DNA of 63,675 bases, counting the filler, from Bigelowiella natans CCMP2755 (Eukaryota; Protista; Cercozoa), in the NCBI GenBank assembly GCA_000320545.1. It is 6 parts of 6 records of this genome, joined end to end, with 100 filler letters (N's around TTAATTAATTAA, not from the genome) between each part and the next. Parts side by side here need not be neighbours in the genome. Positions count along the whole stretch, not along the records: positions 10,888 to 30,096 come from ADNK01002095.1; positions 30,197 to 34,094 come from ADNK01003467.1; positions 34,195 to 43,433 come from ADNK01001854.1; 3 more parts are not named here. One strand, 5' to 3'. Under the pieces are notes generated by a model. That model was not told the origin of the DNA, ran no database searches, and saw only the letters and a list, made by a program, of their open reading frames with translations. Below are positions 27,061 to 40,049 of this stretch, piece after piece (position 1 is the first letter of the stretch; each line of letters begins with the position of its first letter). The position numbers were made by a program, and so were the translations under genes.

Positions 27061-28899
27061 TTAATGTCATTTTATAATTCTCGCTCGATTCTCATTTCCT
27101 GTGATGATTTGGCATGCGTGTACTGTCAGCAGCGTGAGCGTTGCGATTGATCGAGCACAGATGGCTGTTCCGCAGTGGGGGGCACATCGCTCATCGAATC
27201 AGCATCAGCATGCCAGGTCTCCATGCAAGTGAATTTCAGGCATTGCTCAATTGAATGTCCTCTGGAGAATTATAAAAATACATCACGTGTGCACGCGGGA
27301 CTAGAGGTTCTGCAAAATTAAAAGGCCTTCTCCAATGCAGCTAACATCTTCAACTTAGATGTTCAAGAGCATCACCGTGCTTGCATTAAAAAATTGCAAG
27401 ACGAAATTGACCAATTAAATTAATAACATAAACCCTCTATGTTTGTTGAGATACGATGTCATAGCGACATTGCATCACGATGTTTGTAAATAAACTCAAT
27501 TAACTTTCCCCAGCAAAATACAAATAGCCATGCTAACACCATTAGTATTTTCTGAATGATGGTTCCAATTATGATGAAGAACCTGAAGTAGTAGTAGAGA
27601 TAAGAAGAAACACGAGTGTTGCTAGTTAGGGTAATACTCTAGATTATAATTATGATAAAATAAATGATAATGTTGATGATGATGAAATTGAACAAGTCGA
27701 CGATGATTGGATAGTAACGTTTACCAACGACACTGACAACTAATTTCTTATCCGTGAAATTTATTTATTTTATGTCCCTCCTTTGTCAATTGATGTTCAT
27801 ACATAGTACCAATAGAGAATCTTGTTCTTGGAAAAATATCGTCTGTTTAGTTAATTTTTTAATATCAGTTCAGAATCTTATTTGGTGGAGTAAAATACTG
27901 GTTGGCTAGTTTTTTTTTGTTCTAATATGGTTGTATAGTAAAATAAGCTGCGGAACTATAACGAGCATAGCAATACACTACACCAGTTGTAATCCATGAT
28001 ATAGTAGTATTGCTATATTGACTACGAGGTAGCATATTAAATCAATGTCAGTCAATTGCCTATTTAGAGCTAGAATCACCTGCATTTTACGACTGTGCGT
28101 TTTATACCGCAGAAATAGTTTTCAGATGGTAGTTGTCTGAAGGAGACCGCAGCATTCGATAATTGAAATAGTGATGACAAATTGTATTTAATAACGCTTT
28201 GTATGTATGAATCATCGTACTACAGCTAATGATGGTGATACTATCAAAACAGCAATTCGACTAATTATCACTAGTCATCATCACCACACCATCATACAGA
28301 TAGTTGTTAAAATTTATGAAAGTTAAATCGTAGTACTATAATTATAATTACTATTATTTTTATTATCATTAATGCAACCACCTGTATTCTCTACACGTCA
28401 GCATATCCGGCAAATCAGTCATTATTTCTTTAATTGGTACTGCGAGCTCTGATCTGCTCACATTCAAATCAAGAATAACTTAATCACAACAGAGAAGAAA
28501 GGCAAGAGGGAGGAGAGGAAGAAGAAGAAGAAGAAACCACACAGCACACAGCACACACAGCACACACACACACACACACAAACCTGATTGGCTGATGCGA
28601 CCAGTAGCAGGACCCGAAAAATAGGAAAACGATAAATAGAACCAACCTATTATTATACATACAACGAATAACAATAATAATGATAATTATAATAATTATA
28701 ATGATAACAATAAATTGAGAAGATCGAACAACATCCTTCGATAATAAATAATAGTTACAATTATACTAGTAATAACAAATTGAGAAGATCGAATAACATT
28801 CTTCGCAAATAATTTACAAACATGTACCGTAGTGTATTGATAAAATATAAGCTAATTACTCTAGCATTGTTTAACAAACTACTCAACTAATAAAATATA

Positions 28900-28933
<34 letters not shown>

Positions 28934-29094
28934 CTATTTGCTATATGGCTCTGCTAGATGATAATGTGGTCTTGTGATTTTATTCGTCGGTTCCTTCATT
29001 GTAACAACTTACATATACGACAGGAGGGCTAAGATTGCTTGATCGTAATCAGTACCAATACTTGCACTGTCTGGATGTTCTCCCTAGAAGTAGA

Positions 29095-29133
<39 letters not shown>

Positions 29134-29474
29134 AGTGAGGAGGAAGATAGAGGATTGATGTACAGGTGAGGAAGTTGCTGAGCTCTTGGAGATGAAGAAA
29201 CAAATAATACGAGTTGTCAGAGTGTGTGATTTTAGTAGTGTAGTGTTCCTAGTAGTAGTATTTGGTTATAGTAGTAGTATTAGGTCGTTCTTACACATGA
29301 AAGCTGGAATTCTCTTGCTTCATAGAACATTATACAAATCCCTTTTAATAATAAAAAAAAGGAGATGGGAGGAGGGAGAGGGAGGTAGTAAAGTATAACT
29401 TATAATACAATTCATTCAAGGATTATGGTAGTTTAGTACCCATAAGAACAACAGGGATCATGTATTGCTGCAGC

Positions 29475-29519
<45 letters not shown>

Positions 29520-29842
29520 AGAAGGAGGAAAGAATGTTAATATAGTAGTAGTGCAATTTAGAGAAAAATAAAACTTGGTGAGAGAGAAATAAGCTGATTA
29601 TATACTACTGTTAAGGAATGTGAAATTCAATCCAATTTTAGGAGTAACTAGTAACGATTATGGAGCGACTGCTTAAATTGTATGCACAGTAACACACACA
29701 CACACATACACATACATATTATATAATGTATATAGTAATCGTGCTGACTAAAATTATGCCGCATAATCACACTTTCTGGTATTTTTCCCGCACACGAAAA
29801 TAATACGTTCGAATATACTTGCCTTCTCCTAATCAATGGGTA

Positions 29843-29877
<35 letters not shown>

Positions 29878-30096
29878 TAGCAGTGAACAACAAATGTACT
29901 AGCACAATTCATAAATCCGATAATCTCCAAGGAATTAGTCATTAGTAGCCAAAAACAAATGATGGGTGGATGGAGATTACTACTACTTCTTCTTCTTCTA
30001 CTACTACTATTACTACTACTCATCACCCATCTACTTGGCAGATACTCTGGATGCATTCTATATGATTGTTGTACAATTATGTCAAATAAGGAGGTG

Positions 30097-30196
30097 NNNN
30101 NNNNNNNNNNNNNNNNNNNNNNNNNNNNNNNNNNNNNNNNTTAATTAATTAANNNNNNNNNNNNNNNNNNNNNNNNNNNNNNNNNNNNNNNNNNNN
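30097..30196. other. Artificial contig linker
   Basis: N44-TTAATTAATTAA-N44. Confidence 0.97.
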
Positions 30197-30596
30197 AAAC
30201 AAACACCCCCAAAATTAATGCTTACAGAGGGGGATTGCTTTCCCTTAAAATCAAAACTTTTTTTTGGGAGTTTCACCCTTGGGTACCGAAGATTGAAAAC
30301 TTCCCCCCTTTTAAGATTTTGATCCCAAGGAAAAACACGGGGGTTAAATCGCGTTTGCAAATGAACCAAAATCCCATTTAGTCGTTTTATTGGCTTCCAA
30401 ACCCGTCCTTAAAGGGGGATTTGGGGAGAAAAAAAAAAAAAAAATGAAAAAAACACCTTCAGGGTTCCCTTTCCGGCCCGGGGGTAGCCATTGGTTATAG
30501 CCCTCTGGGTAAAGTTGGTTCCCCCTAAAATTTCGGATATGGTCACTTTTTATAAGAGGAGGAAGGGGGGGGAAGGGCGGGAAGGACCTTGGGAAT

Positions 30597-30627
<31 letters not shown>

Positions 30628-30926
30628 CCCCCCCCCCCCCCCCAAGGTTCTCGTAATTTCTTGTACGAGACACCGAGATCATGAAAATGGAGGAGGTGAG
30701 GGGGGGGGGCGGGGGTAGGGGGAATGAAACCCTGTTTCTACCACCACAACCTCTTATTCAGCCACTCAAGAAGCTCAAATGAGCGCATAGCTGCTGTATC
30801 CCCCGAGGAACCTTAAACGTATAATCGTCGTTTTTGGGAAGCAAGTCTGCAAGCTCAGGAGCTCCGATCTTTTCCCATGCATCTATTGCTACAAGTGGGT
30901 GAAAAGACTCGTTCTCACGTTTGTGC

Positions 30927-31531
30927 TAAATTTTACCAAGAGCTTGGATGGCCTTTGCCGCCTCCTTAGCGTTCGCAGGAGGTTTGAGCTTTCGGGGGCT
31001 CGCCGAGTGGGAAGGGGTCTCCGCGCCATCGTTGCGAGGACTCCCCAAGGCGATATTGATCTATGGAGGGAGGGGAGGAGAGATTAGATGGCCAGCAAAC
31101 GCTGAACAAACAAGTGAAATGCTACAGCACGATAGCAATCTGACACATTCCATATATTTATCCACGCAGCATCCCAAAATTCTTTGTTCTTTACCTCAAA
31201 ACACCATGCATACGATGTTGGGCCATACGCTGCAAAAATGGGACGACTGGCTATTGAGCGATCCTACCCGCATCCCCCCCTTTCCCACCCTATCCCCTTT
31301 CCCTCTTGCGAACTCACAGAGAGCGAAGAATCTAGCCTCAATATTGCTCTTAAGAAGTCCTCCAACTCAGATCTTGCAACCGCCAGGATAAATATTACGA
31401 TTTGAAGGAGGGGGGGGGAGGGAGGGGGACAGCACAAAGACAGCATCAGTGCTAGTCACTAGAAAACCAAAGACATATTCAGCATAATGGCTTCTCCATC
31501 TCCGGAATATATATATTTTATATATGCGTGC

Positions 31532-31562
<31 letters not shown>

Positions 31563-32139
31563 CATGCATGTGGATCACATACCTGCGTATTTTGTAAGCA
31601 TTGCGCAATCTCTCCCCAATCCTTCCAGCTCTGAAATTGCAATAACATGACACTCTCGTATTATCAACATATACACCGAGGAAGGGCGGCAAAACACACC
31701 TATTGAGGAGCCAATGCACATAGGCATTTAGATCTACCCTCGTTGCTCGGAACCTGTGCAAGCATGAATCACAACGCAATAAGCTTTAAAGAATGCTCTC
31801 AAGTTGCCTCCTTATCACGCTGTCAGCATCAAGTGCTAATATCACCCAACTTATCCCCAACCACAACTATCACTACGAGGGGGGTCATAGCGGCGATAGA
31901 AATGAACAAAATAAAAGCCAGGAAAATACAAATCTCGCTTCATTCTCGCAGAGCCGTAGCATAGTGCCAATGGCCTTGGTAAGGTAAGGTCAGGAAATCG
32001 TCTTTGAATAAAAAGAAAGGGAGAGTATAGCTCAGAGAAAGAGGAATCATCAAGATTTGGCACACATACGGCGTCGCAATTGAGAGAAGTTCTAGCATTT
32101 TCTCTCCAGAAGTACTGTACAAAGACACCCATCCCTATA

Positions 32140-32182
<43 letters not shown>

Positions 32183-33560
32183 TAATATATAAATTTATCA
32201 GCATATATGTACATGTGTGTGTATGCGCGCGCGTGTGTGTGTGTGTCCGCCTGACTCTCGTCTCTAATCAATACAGCACGCCGAATCATGGTGATTATCT
32301 TTCTCAGGGTGGGTGGGTAGGAGCATAAAACTGACAGCAGCTTTACCTCCAACGGCGAGATAATGCGAGCTCGATGTCTCAAAATCAGTGCAACCTGCGC
32401 ATCGATGTCAATTAGCTGTGTTGGCACAAATAATGGGGACTCGTTTTGTTGATAAATGATATTCGTCATCATTCCTCACACACCAAGATGATGATGATGA
32501 CGATGATGATGATGATGATGACGATGCATAATGATTATGATGATTACGATGATAATCTTCTCCAGAAGGAACCCGCCAACATGCATAAAGTTGAGCTATA
32601 TCATCCTCGCACTTCTAATTTGATTTAGTACAGGCAGGAACTTACTGAGACTTTTTGCCCTGACTCAACCTCTCCAACCTGCATGTTCAGAGAGAAGGGA
32701 GACGTGCCGTCAGTTTCACATCGAATACCGCCAAAAGAACAACAACCACATGCATGTTTCCAGCATAATTTCCACTTGCAAAAATAAACGCACAAGCAAC
32801 GAGGAAGAATCTACGTGAGGTAGTAATACCTCTTCCGAGCTGATATTCGAGTGTCTTCGGACAAGGATAGAGGCGTTTCGCACACCTTTTGCCATTCAAA
32901 AATGTAACAGCCATTAATGGTGTTCTAGACTCGCACAATCAGAAGGTGAAGAGCACGGTGTTCGCGGTAGTCCCGTGGAAAAGAAGACAGATCAGACAGG
33001 AAGGGATCGACATCAACCGAAGCTTGCGTGGCCCGGACTTGGTGTTTTTCGAATCAGTACCCCGTGTGAAGGGAGGGGGGGGGGGAGGGGCTAAATTGAT
33101 GTGTTTCGCCGTGCACACATCGTTTAAATCGCCAGTATCTGACTACTACTTTTCTTCTTCTTCTTCTTCTTCATCCTCTAGAGAGGCTAACGAAGTCGAT
33201 GTAGAACATCGAGCGATCTGTACCTCTGACAACCATCGTGCAGATGCTCGGGGGGAGCAGGAGCTTCTCGCGTACTCTGCAGCCGTCCTTCCCCTCCATC
33301 GCTTTCCCCTCCGCCTCCTCCTCCCCCCCCCCCTCTCTACCCCTCGTCCTTCGCCTCTCCAAGGCCCTGCCTTGAGGAGGAAGAAGGGCAATCGTTCCGT
33401 CGCCATCATCATCATCGTCGTAGCCATGCAAATACCCGAAAAAGCCCTTTCTCATGCTCTCTGTAAGACGGGTCTCTTCTTCCGCAGCTGCGCGCTTTTC
33501 CTCCGCCCTCCTTTCCTCCCCCGCGGTGTACGGGTTGGGGAATCTGGCGGTTTGCAGCAG
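30927..33560 (-). CDS. Hypothetical multi-exon protein, no recognised domain
   Basis: Coding-like segments between microsatellite introns: EERRAEEKRAAAEEETRL...FYIDFVSLSR, LIDIDAQVALILRHRARII, NFRAGRIGERLRNAYKIR, ARSELEDFLRAILRLD, and a terminal PPANAKEAAKAIQALGKI*. Confidence 0.45.
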
Positions 33561-33640
33561 GCAGCAGGAGGGGGGGAGGGGGGGGAGGGGGGGAAGGAGG
33601 TGAGGATTAAGTTGTCGGATGTACGTGTGTGAGTGTGTGC

Positions 33641-33683
<43 letters not shown>

Positions 33684-34094
33684 TGTGTGTCTTTGTGCAG
33701 AAAGGTATATCAACACAACGATCACGCTGATACAGATAAGGAGAAGTGGGGAGAGCAGGTGATGAGGGAGAGGGGAAAGGGAGAAAGAATGCACGAGATA
33801 TGTGTGTAGTAGCGTTAAGAACGCATAATCATTTATGAGGCGCTAGACGGGCAAGTAGCACCTCGAATCTTGAGGGGGAGGCTCGACGATGGTCACGGGA
33901 TAATAACGACGAGGATTTTCATTCCGCAATAATGCAACTTGGGTCCGACACTGGATTTCCATGATCTAGAGGTAAATTTTTTGCATCTTTAGTGTGGTTA
34001 TGCATGTTGAGCTCTCATATACGAAAATAAGATATATTCGAAATATGGATATAAAACCTGCATTCTCTCTTCCCCTCCCCCCCCCCCAAAAAAC

Positions 34095-34194
34095 NNNNNN
34101 NNNNNNNNNNNNNNNNNNNNNNNNNNNNNNNNNNNNNNTTAATTAATTAANNNNNNNNNNNNNNNNNNNNNNNNNNNNNNNNNNNNNNNNNNNN
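34095..34194. other. Artificial contig linker
   Basis: N44-TTAATTAATTAA-N44. NOP2 is cut here and does not continue on the other side. Confidence 0.97.
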
Positions 34195-34369
34195 GGGGGG
34201 AAGGGGAGTAGCAGGCAGAAAAAGGACAAAACATAAGGAATACTTCATCAATAGCCAATGCACCGTGCTACAGCGAGATTGATGTTGACTGTGCCCATCG
34301 AAGAGAGAGGTGGGGTGGGAGAAAGGGGGGGGGGGGGAGAAGGATAGTACGAATAGGCGGTTCGCCTCA

Positions 34370-36597
34370 CCCTCATTGGACACGATTGCATTGCGCACGC
34401 CCAGACGGTGAAGGTTCCCGATCAGTGAAGGCAAGCGCTTCTCTGAGAAGAGAGGTTGCAAGCAGACAGACGGATGGTGATTTTAGGGAGGGAGGGGGGG
34501 GCAGGATATGGGAGAGAGGGAGGGAGAGAGATAGAGGAATAAAAAAGAAATTGCAGTGAGATGAATAAACACATAAACCACCTCCTCCCTCGCCCCGCCC
34601 CCTCCCCCCCACCCCCCTTTTACGATCTTACTGTTGAAATCGTTGCAGACAAGGGTCCCCGTGTTCTTCATGAGCGAGGCGAGGTAAGTTGACTTGCCGC
34701 CGGGCGACGCGCACATGTCCACCACGAATTCGTTCTGGTGATATATATATATAAAACATACACAAATAGAGTATAAATATCGCTATATTCATCATCCTTC
34801 TTCATCATCATCATCCTTCTTCATCATCATCATCATCATCATCATCATCGTTGTCGTCGTCATTATCACGCTAAAATGATCCAATCCGCACCTCGACTGG
34901 CGCGAGGGCCATAACAGGGAGAAACGAGGAAGCCGATTGAAGCATGTAGTGGCCGGCGAGATACTCAGGTGTTGCCCCAATAGGCACCTGCGACTCGTAG
35001 ATTTTGAGCCCAACCTGAGCAGCAAACAAGAATCGATGACGACGAGGAGGAGGAGGGTGGGGGGGGGGAGGGGGGGGGGGGGGGGGGGGGAAAAAGAAAA
35101 AGCCACCCGCAACAACCCCCAAACGCCCCCGCCCCCACACACACACAGATCACAAGCACATCATCTACCTTCGACCAATCTCCAACGGTGTCAAGGTGCA
35201 CTCCCCTTTTTGTCAGTGATTGTGCGAGCTCTCTGCGCTTCGTCTTTAGCGTGTTGGTTCGGATTGTGACTGGACGCGGCGCCTCGTTGGCTTCAAGGAG
35301 CTCCATGGCCTGCGCCACCATCATCGTCGTCATCATCGTCATCATCATCATGCAAATGGTCACCACCATCATCCATTATCATCGTCAGATGATTTTGACC
35401 ATTTTGCACTAACAAATGCTTATTATGTCACCTCGGCTGGCGAAAACATCTCGAGGAACATCTCGATCAATTCCGGAACGTATCTGAACGGTGTATTCGC
35501 AACAACAGCACCAATGACGATGACGACAGATCAGTACCGAGGGAGAGACGAAAGAAGAGGAGGAGGAGGAGGGAAGAGGAGAGACACGGAGGGGAGGGGA
35601 GAGGGGGGAGGAGAGGAGCGCACGTTAAGCATGGGGGGGGGGGGGCGGTATAAATTCATTTTTCTCGAGTAACAACAACAACCCGAAGAAGTTGGACATA
35701 TCATCCCTTAGTCGGTCTATATAGTCAGAGCGCGCACGGTCGGCCTCACGCCTTTTCCGAAAATCCGCCAAAACGAACAGGACGTCTTGGATGCGATTCT
35801 GGATCCTCGTCTGTCGCAGTAGTAGTAATAGAGTAGTAGTAGAAGTAGTAGTAGTAGTAGTAGTAGGCACATCATTCGGTCATCATGCGGAGACGGACTC
35901 CACCACGCCGACGCCCACTTGTTGTTCATTTCGTGTACGAAAAACCACACAGAATCATGTCGACGGTTGCTGCTACTCCTCTTACCATATCAGGAGGCGC
36001 TAACTTCTCCTTTTCTGCCTCGGCTTCGGTTGGAAGGCGGAACGCGCCTTGGCGCTGTGCATCGCTCTCGCGCTCTGCTTGAGCGTCCTCTTCCATCCGT
36101 TTTGCTTCTAGGTCAGCTTGCCGGGCTTCTTTCTCGATAGGAAGCTCTTCGTCCTCGTCCTCCTCCTCCTCGTCGTCGTCATCGTCGTCAACGTCCTCCC
36201 CGGCCAGCTTGCGTTTGAGCCAGAGCCGGTTGTCATCCGAGAAGCCTTTTTTCTTCTTTGTTTTTACCTTCTCATCCTCCTCCTCTTCATCTTCATCGTT
36301 GTCATCGTCATCGTCATCATCATCATCATCCTCGTCGTCACTTACGTCATCATTCTTCTTCCCTTTGCCGTTGACTTTGTGGCGCTTGCCCCCCTGCTGC
36401 TCCTGCTCCTCCTCCTCCTCCTCTTCCTCTTCCATATGATCATCATTCTCACCTATAACAGTAGGCTTCACTGAATCGAACTGATTTGGCCCCATCTGTC
36501 CCCATTTCCACTCAACACACAGGGACACCTCAAACAACAGCACATCGCGAAATAAATAACCTGTGAAACCGGCGAAGTCGGAGTCGTCGTCGGACAT
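34370..36597 (-). CDS. NOP2: NOP2/NSUN1 25S/28S rRNA cytosine-C5 methyltransferase, multi-exon, C-terminal part missing at the contig end
   Basis: Acidic N-terminus with FSDDNRLWLK and ELPIEKEAR, then RPVTIRTNTLKTKRRELAQSL, IGATPEYLAGHYMLQSASSFLPVMAL, and the SAM-binding motif DMCASPGGKSTY. Confidence 0.95.
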
Positions 36598-36963
36598 CTT
36601 CTCGTTAAAGCCTCGCAGCCAGAAGACTCGTGAAAATTATTCTTGATACTGAGGGCCTGTGATCTCAGAGTCTACGTTCTTGTACCGCCAGGGGAGGGCT
36701 CGTTCACAGCAACGCCACGATGTTCTTCGGTTCCAGCCCCGAAGCCATTCCAGAGATGAGGGCAATATTGACGACGACAAGACAACTTCGATGTCGCAAG
36801 TGCGATCCGACAGATATTTCTAATTTATTTCGATAATAATCGCCGAAGCCCCGATTAAGAAAATAATTTCCTTCAAAGAGTTGTCGCCGTAAAGAAACGG
36901 AAGGCGTTATCGACCTAAACCTCAGTTTCGGATATCTTCCCTGGTGCTTCAACGGATGGGCTG

Positions 36964-38406
36964 ATGATGAGGAGGGCCCCCCCCGGCCCGACAGGCTGCT
37001 TGGTGGCCGGTTTGTTTATCCTTACGGCTACAACGAATGCAGGCTGGGGGGGGTCTTCGAAGGGCTCTCTGTCACATGGCTCCCGTGCTCCCGCGTCTGC
37101 TGCAGCTTCAGGTCGAGTGGCCACGCGTTGTTTGCTCAGGCCGACTAGAGGAGGTTTGCAGCGACGAGATGCGGTTATCCTAGGTGCTCTTAGGAAGACT
37201 TCGCCCTCCATCGTACGCATCGTTGCTCCGAATGGCCATGGAGTCAGTAAGAAGTGTCCTGAATATCAGCTGCCGGAGGAGGAGGAGGAGCTGCTCTCTC
37301 GGAAGCTCTTCTGGCCGGATTTGGACGGGTACCACCACCATTCCTACCAGTACCTACTTACCATCGGCTACGACGGCAGTGCGTTCAGCGGCTGGCAGAC
37401 GCAGAGTGCTACGATTTCATCATCGTCGTCGTCGTCGTCATCATCATCATCGTCATTATCATTCTCACAGCCTGCCCTAGGCAAAACGAAGAAGCCTCAG
37501 GATTTCATGACCCAGGCGGCATCAGCACCGGTAGGGAACGGCAAAGAACATCCGGGCACATACCCAACGCCTATTCCAAATAGAGCTGTGCAGGATGTCC
37601 TCACAAAGGGATTGTGCCGCGCCCTGGGGCTGGATCCTAATTCAGAGTTCTTTTCTCCATCACCGCTGCCAGTACCGTCATCGAGCGAGCTCGATACTAC
37701 AACCAATACCGTCAGAAACCGAACAGCAAAGGAATTACTCTGTGTCCGGTCATCGGGTCGAACTGACGCCGGTGTGCACGCGACGGGGCAGGCAGTAACG
37801 TTCATGAGCCGAAGGAGGCTAAATCCTGAGAAAGCTCTCCTGGCCATCAATAGACACCTGCCGCCAACTCTGCGCGTGATGAGGGTAAGGGAGGTGCCCC
37901 CTACCTTCCATCCAAGCCTCGACGTCGTGTGTAAAACCTATCAGTACACGGTAAGTAGTAGTCTTGTAGCGTAGCGCAACGGTGGTGGCCACTATCAGTA
38001 TCATCAGTATAGTCGTCATCATCGTCACTACCATCATCACCAACGACCTAATCATTAAGTTAGCATTGTTGCCGACTTCCCTGCCGCCGTGCTGCTCTTT
38101 TTGTTATTTTTGTGTCAGATTCACAAGCACGAGGTCATGGACCCGCTGTACAGGAGGAGGCGGATGCATTATCCCTGGAAGATCGACCTCGGTCGCTTGC
38201 GCGAGGCAGCCGACATTATGCAAGGTCCTCCCGCCAAAGACTTCCTCGCCTTTTCCAAGCGTAGACCCGCGGCTATTGATGAAGGTGACTACGTGACGCG
38301 GCAGAGAGGGGGGAAAATAGGTCTAAGGGTGATATCGTGAAACGCTCCTGCTGAAGTCCTTACGAGTCTCATTCGTGTTTTTTCACCAAGTGCTGTATGT
38401 ATCTGC

Positions 38407-38467
<61 letters not shown>

Positions 38468-38915
38468 CCTGTGTATGTATGTATTTCTCAGGGAGGGGTA
38501 GCGAACGCATCATCGATCGAATCGAGGTTGTGATGGTTTCCCACCCCGCACAAATCACGCAGCTCTGCCCGCGTAGCATTGCAACAGCTTGAGTGTCCTA
38601 GAGCGCTAACCGTCGTCGTCGTCGTCGTCGTTGTCGTTGTCCCTGTGAGCTTCCAAAAAATACCAACCCCCACATGTCACCCTCTCACCGTCGTCACCGT
38701 AAGCGGTGTGTGCATCGCCCCCTAGCTAAGTCGTACTCTATGCGCCCCCCCCACTCACCGCCCATCGCTCTCGCAGTGGCAGCAGGTAGAGGACCACGGA
38801 CTTCGAGTCGAGGTGGTTGGAAAGGGCTTCCTACACTGCCAGGTTGGTCGCGCAAAGCACACCGACTGATGCGAAGAATAGACCTCGGCGATGGAAATCG
38901 AGAGCGTAGTGCTCG

Positions 38916-38959
<44 letters not shown>

Positions 38960-39417
38960 GTGATGGTTTTTGTGTTTCACTCCACCAAAATGCTGTCAAC
39001 TCAGGTGCGGCACATGGTGGGCGCAATGCTTGCGTGCGCCCAGGGCCAGATCGATGTCGAATACATCGAATCGCTTCTTTCCCGCGTAAGAAGTCAACTC
39101 ACAGAATCTCGGAACACGCGCGCGCGCACACACACACAAACACGCGACACCGCCGATCTTTTCCCTTTCAGAGGAGAAGACTTGACCCTCACGAACACGT
39201 CTAGATGTACCACAGCAGAGATGAAGAGAATGAATTGGGGTTGCTGCGAGGGCAAAGAGCCTCGTACCTACATTTTCAAGTTCTGTGCTAACATGTCGTC
39301 ATGTTGTCCTATACTCAGAAGGAGCCTGCCGCACCAAAATCCCAGCTTCCTCAACCAAAATGGAAGCCTGCAGCGCCGCAGGGGCTTTGTCTGGTGCACA
39401 ACTATAAACTCTATTAA
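36964..39417 (+). CDS. truA: tRNA pseudouridine(38-40) synthase, TruA family, probably organelle-targeted; multi-exon
   Basis: LTIGYDGSAFSGWQ, SSGRTDAGVHATGQ (catalytic Asp), QVRHMVG, APQGLCL, stop at 39415-39417; hydrophobic then Ser/Arg-rich N-terminal extension. Confidence 0.9.
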
Positions 39418-39739
39418 AACGAATGTAAACACGTGCTCGTGGTCTGACGGGTTGTAGCATGCTGTGGAAGTGCATTAGAACATCACACCTTGCTCATCTT
39501 GCACGCAGGTTAATGTGGAGTACGGCGAAATCCCAAGCGACCCTAGAGAAAGTAGGAGTTTCTCAGTTCACGGCAATTGATGAGTCATTGACCCGGCATA
39601 GCCTTAATGGCTCTGCCATGTACACCCTGTTAGGACATGTGTGCTTTAGGACACATGTGAGATAGTTCAGTCTATATCAGGTATGCTTCAGAACACATGT
39701 GCGTCTAGTATACATGTGTTGCATTTACATGTTAATCAA

Positions 39740-39770
<31 letters not shown>

Positions 39771-40049
39771 TTATATATGCTATTACTGTGTCTTTATTTC
39801 ATCCTATTTGTCCCTATATATGCTAATACTATTTGAGTAGTCATCGCTGTACTGCTAACAACCCGCGCACGCATATTCTCCCGCTTGCTGCGCAGCTGCA
39901 TTTTAAGCGCATTCGCATCTAGATAACAACCAGATTGCATTGATTTTTTAATTGTAGCTAGCGCTATTACAAAATGTAATCTTATGAATCTTAAGTCCAT
40001 TTCCCTCAAGCTTAGCGCTATTCCCGCCGGACCTTGCTAGCTTATTAGA

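Noticed and set aside
25775-27150. Overlapping Cys/His/Met-rich ORFs resembling metal-binding proteins
   Set aside because: By-product of TG/CA enrichment; present on both strands with no motif spacing.
30197-30600. Homopolymer-rich stretch with short ORFs
   Set aside because: Looks like low-quality read-end sequence at a contig edge.
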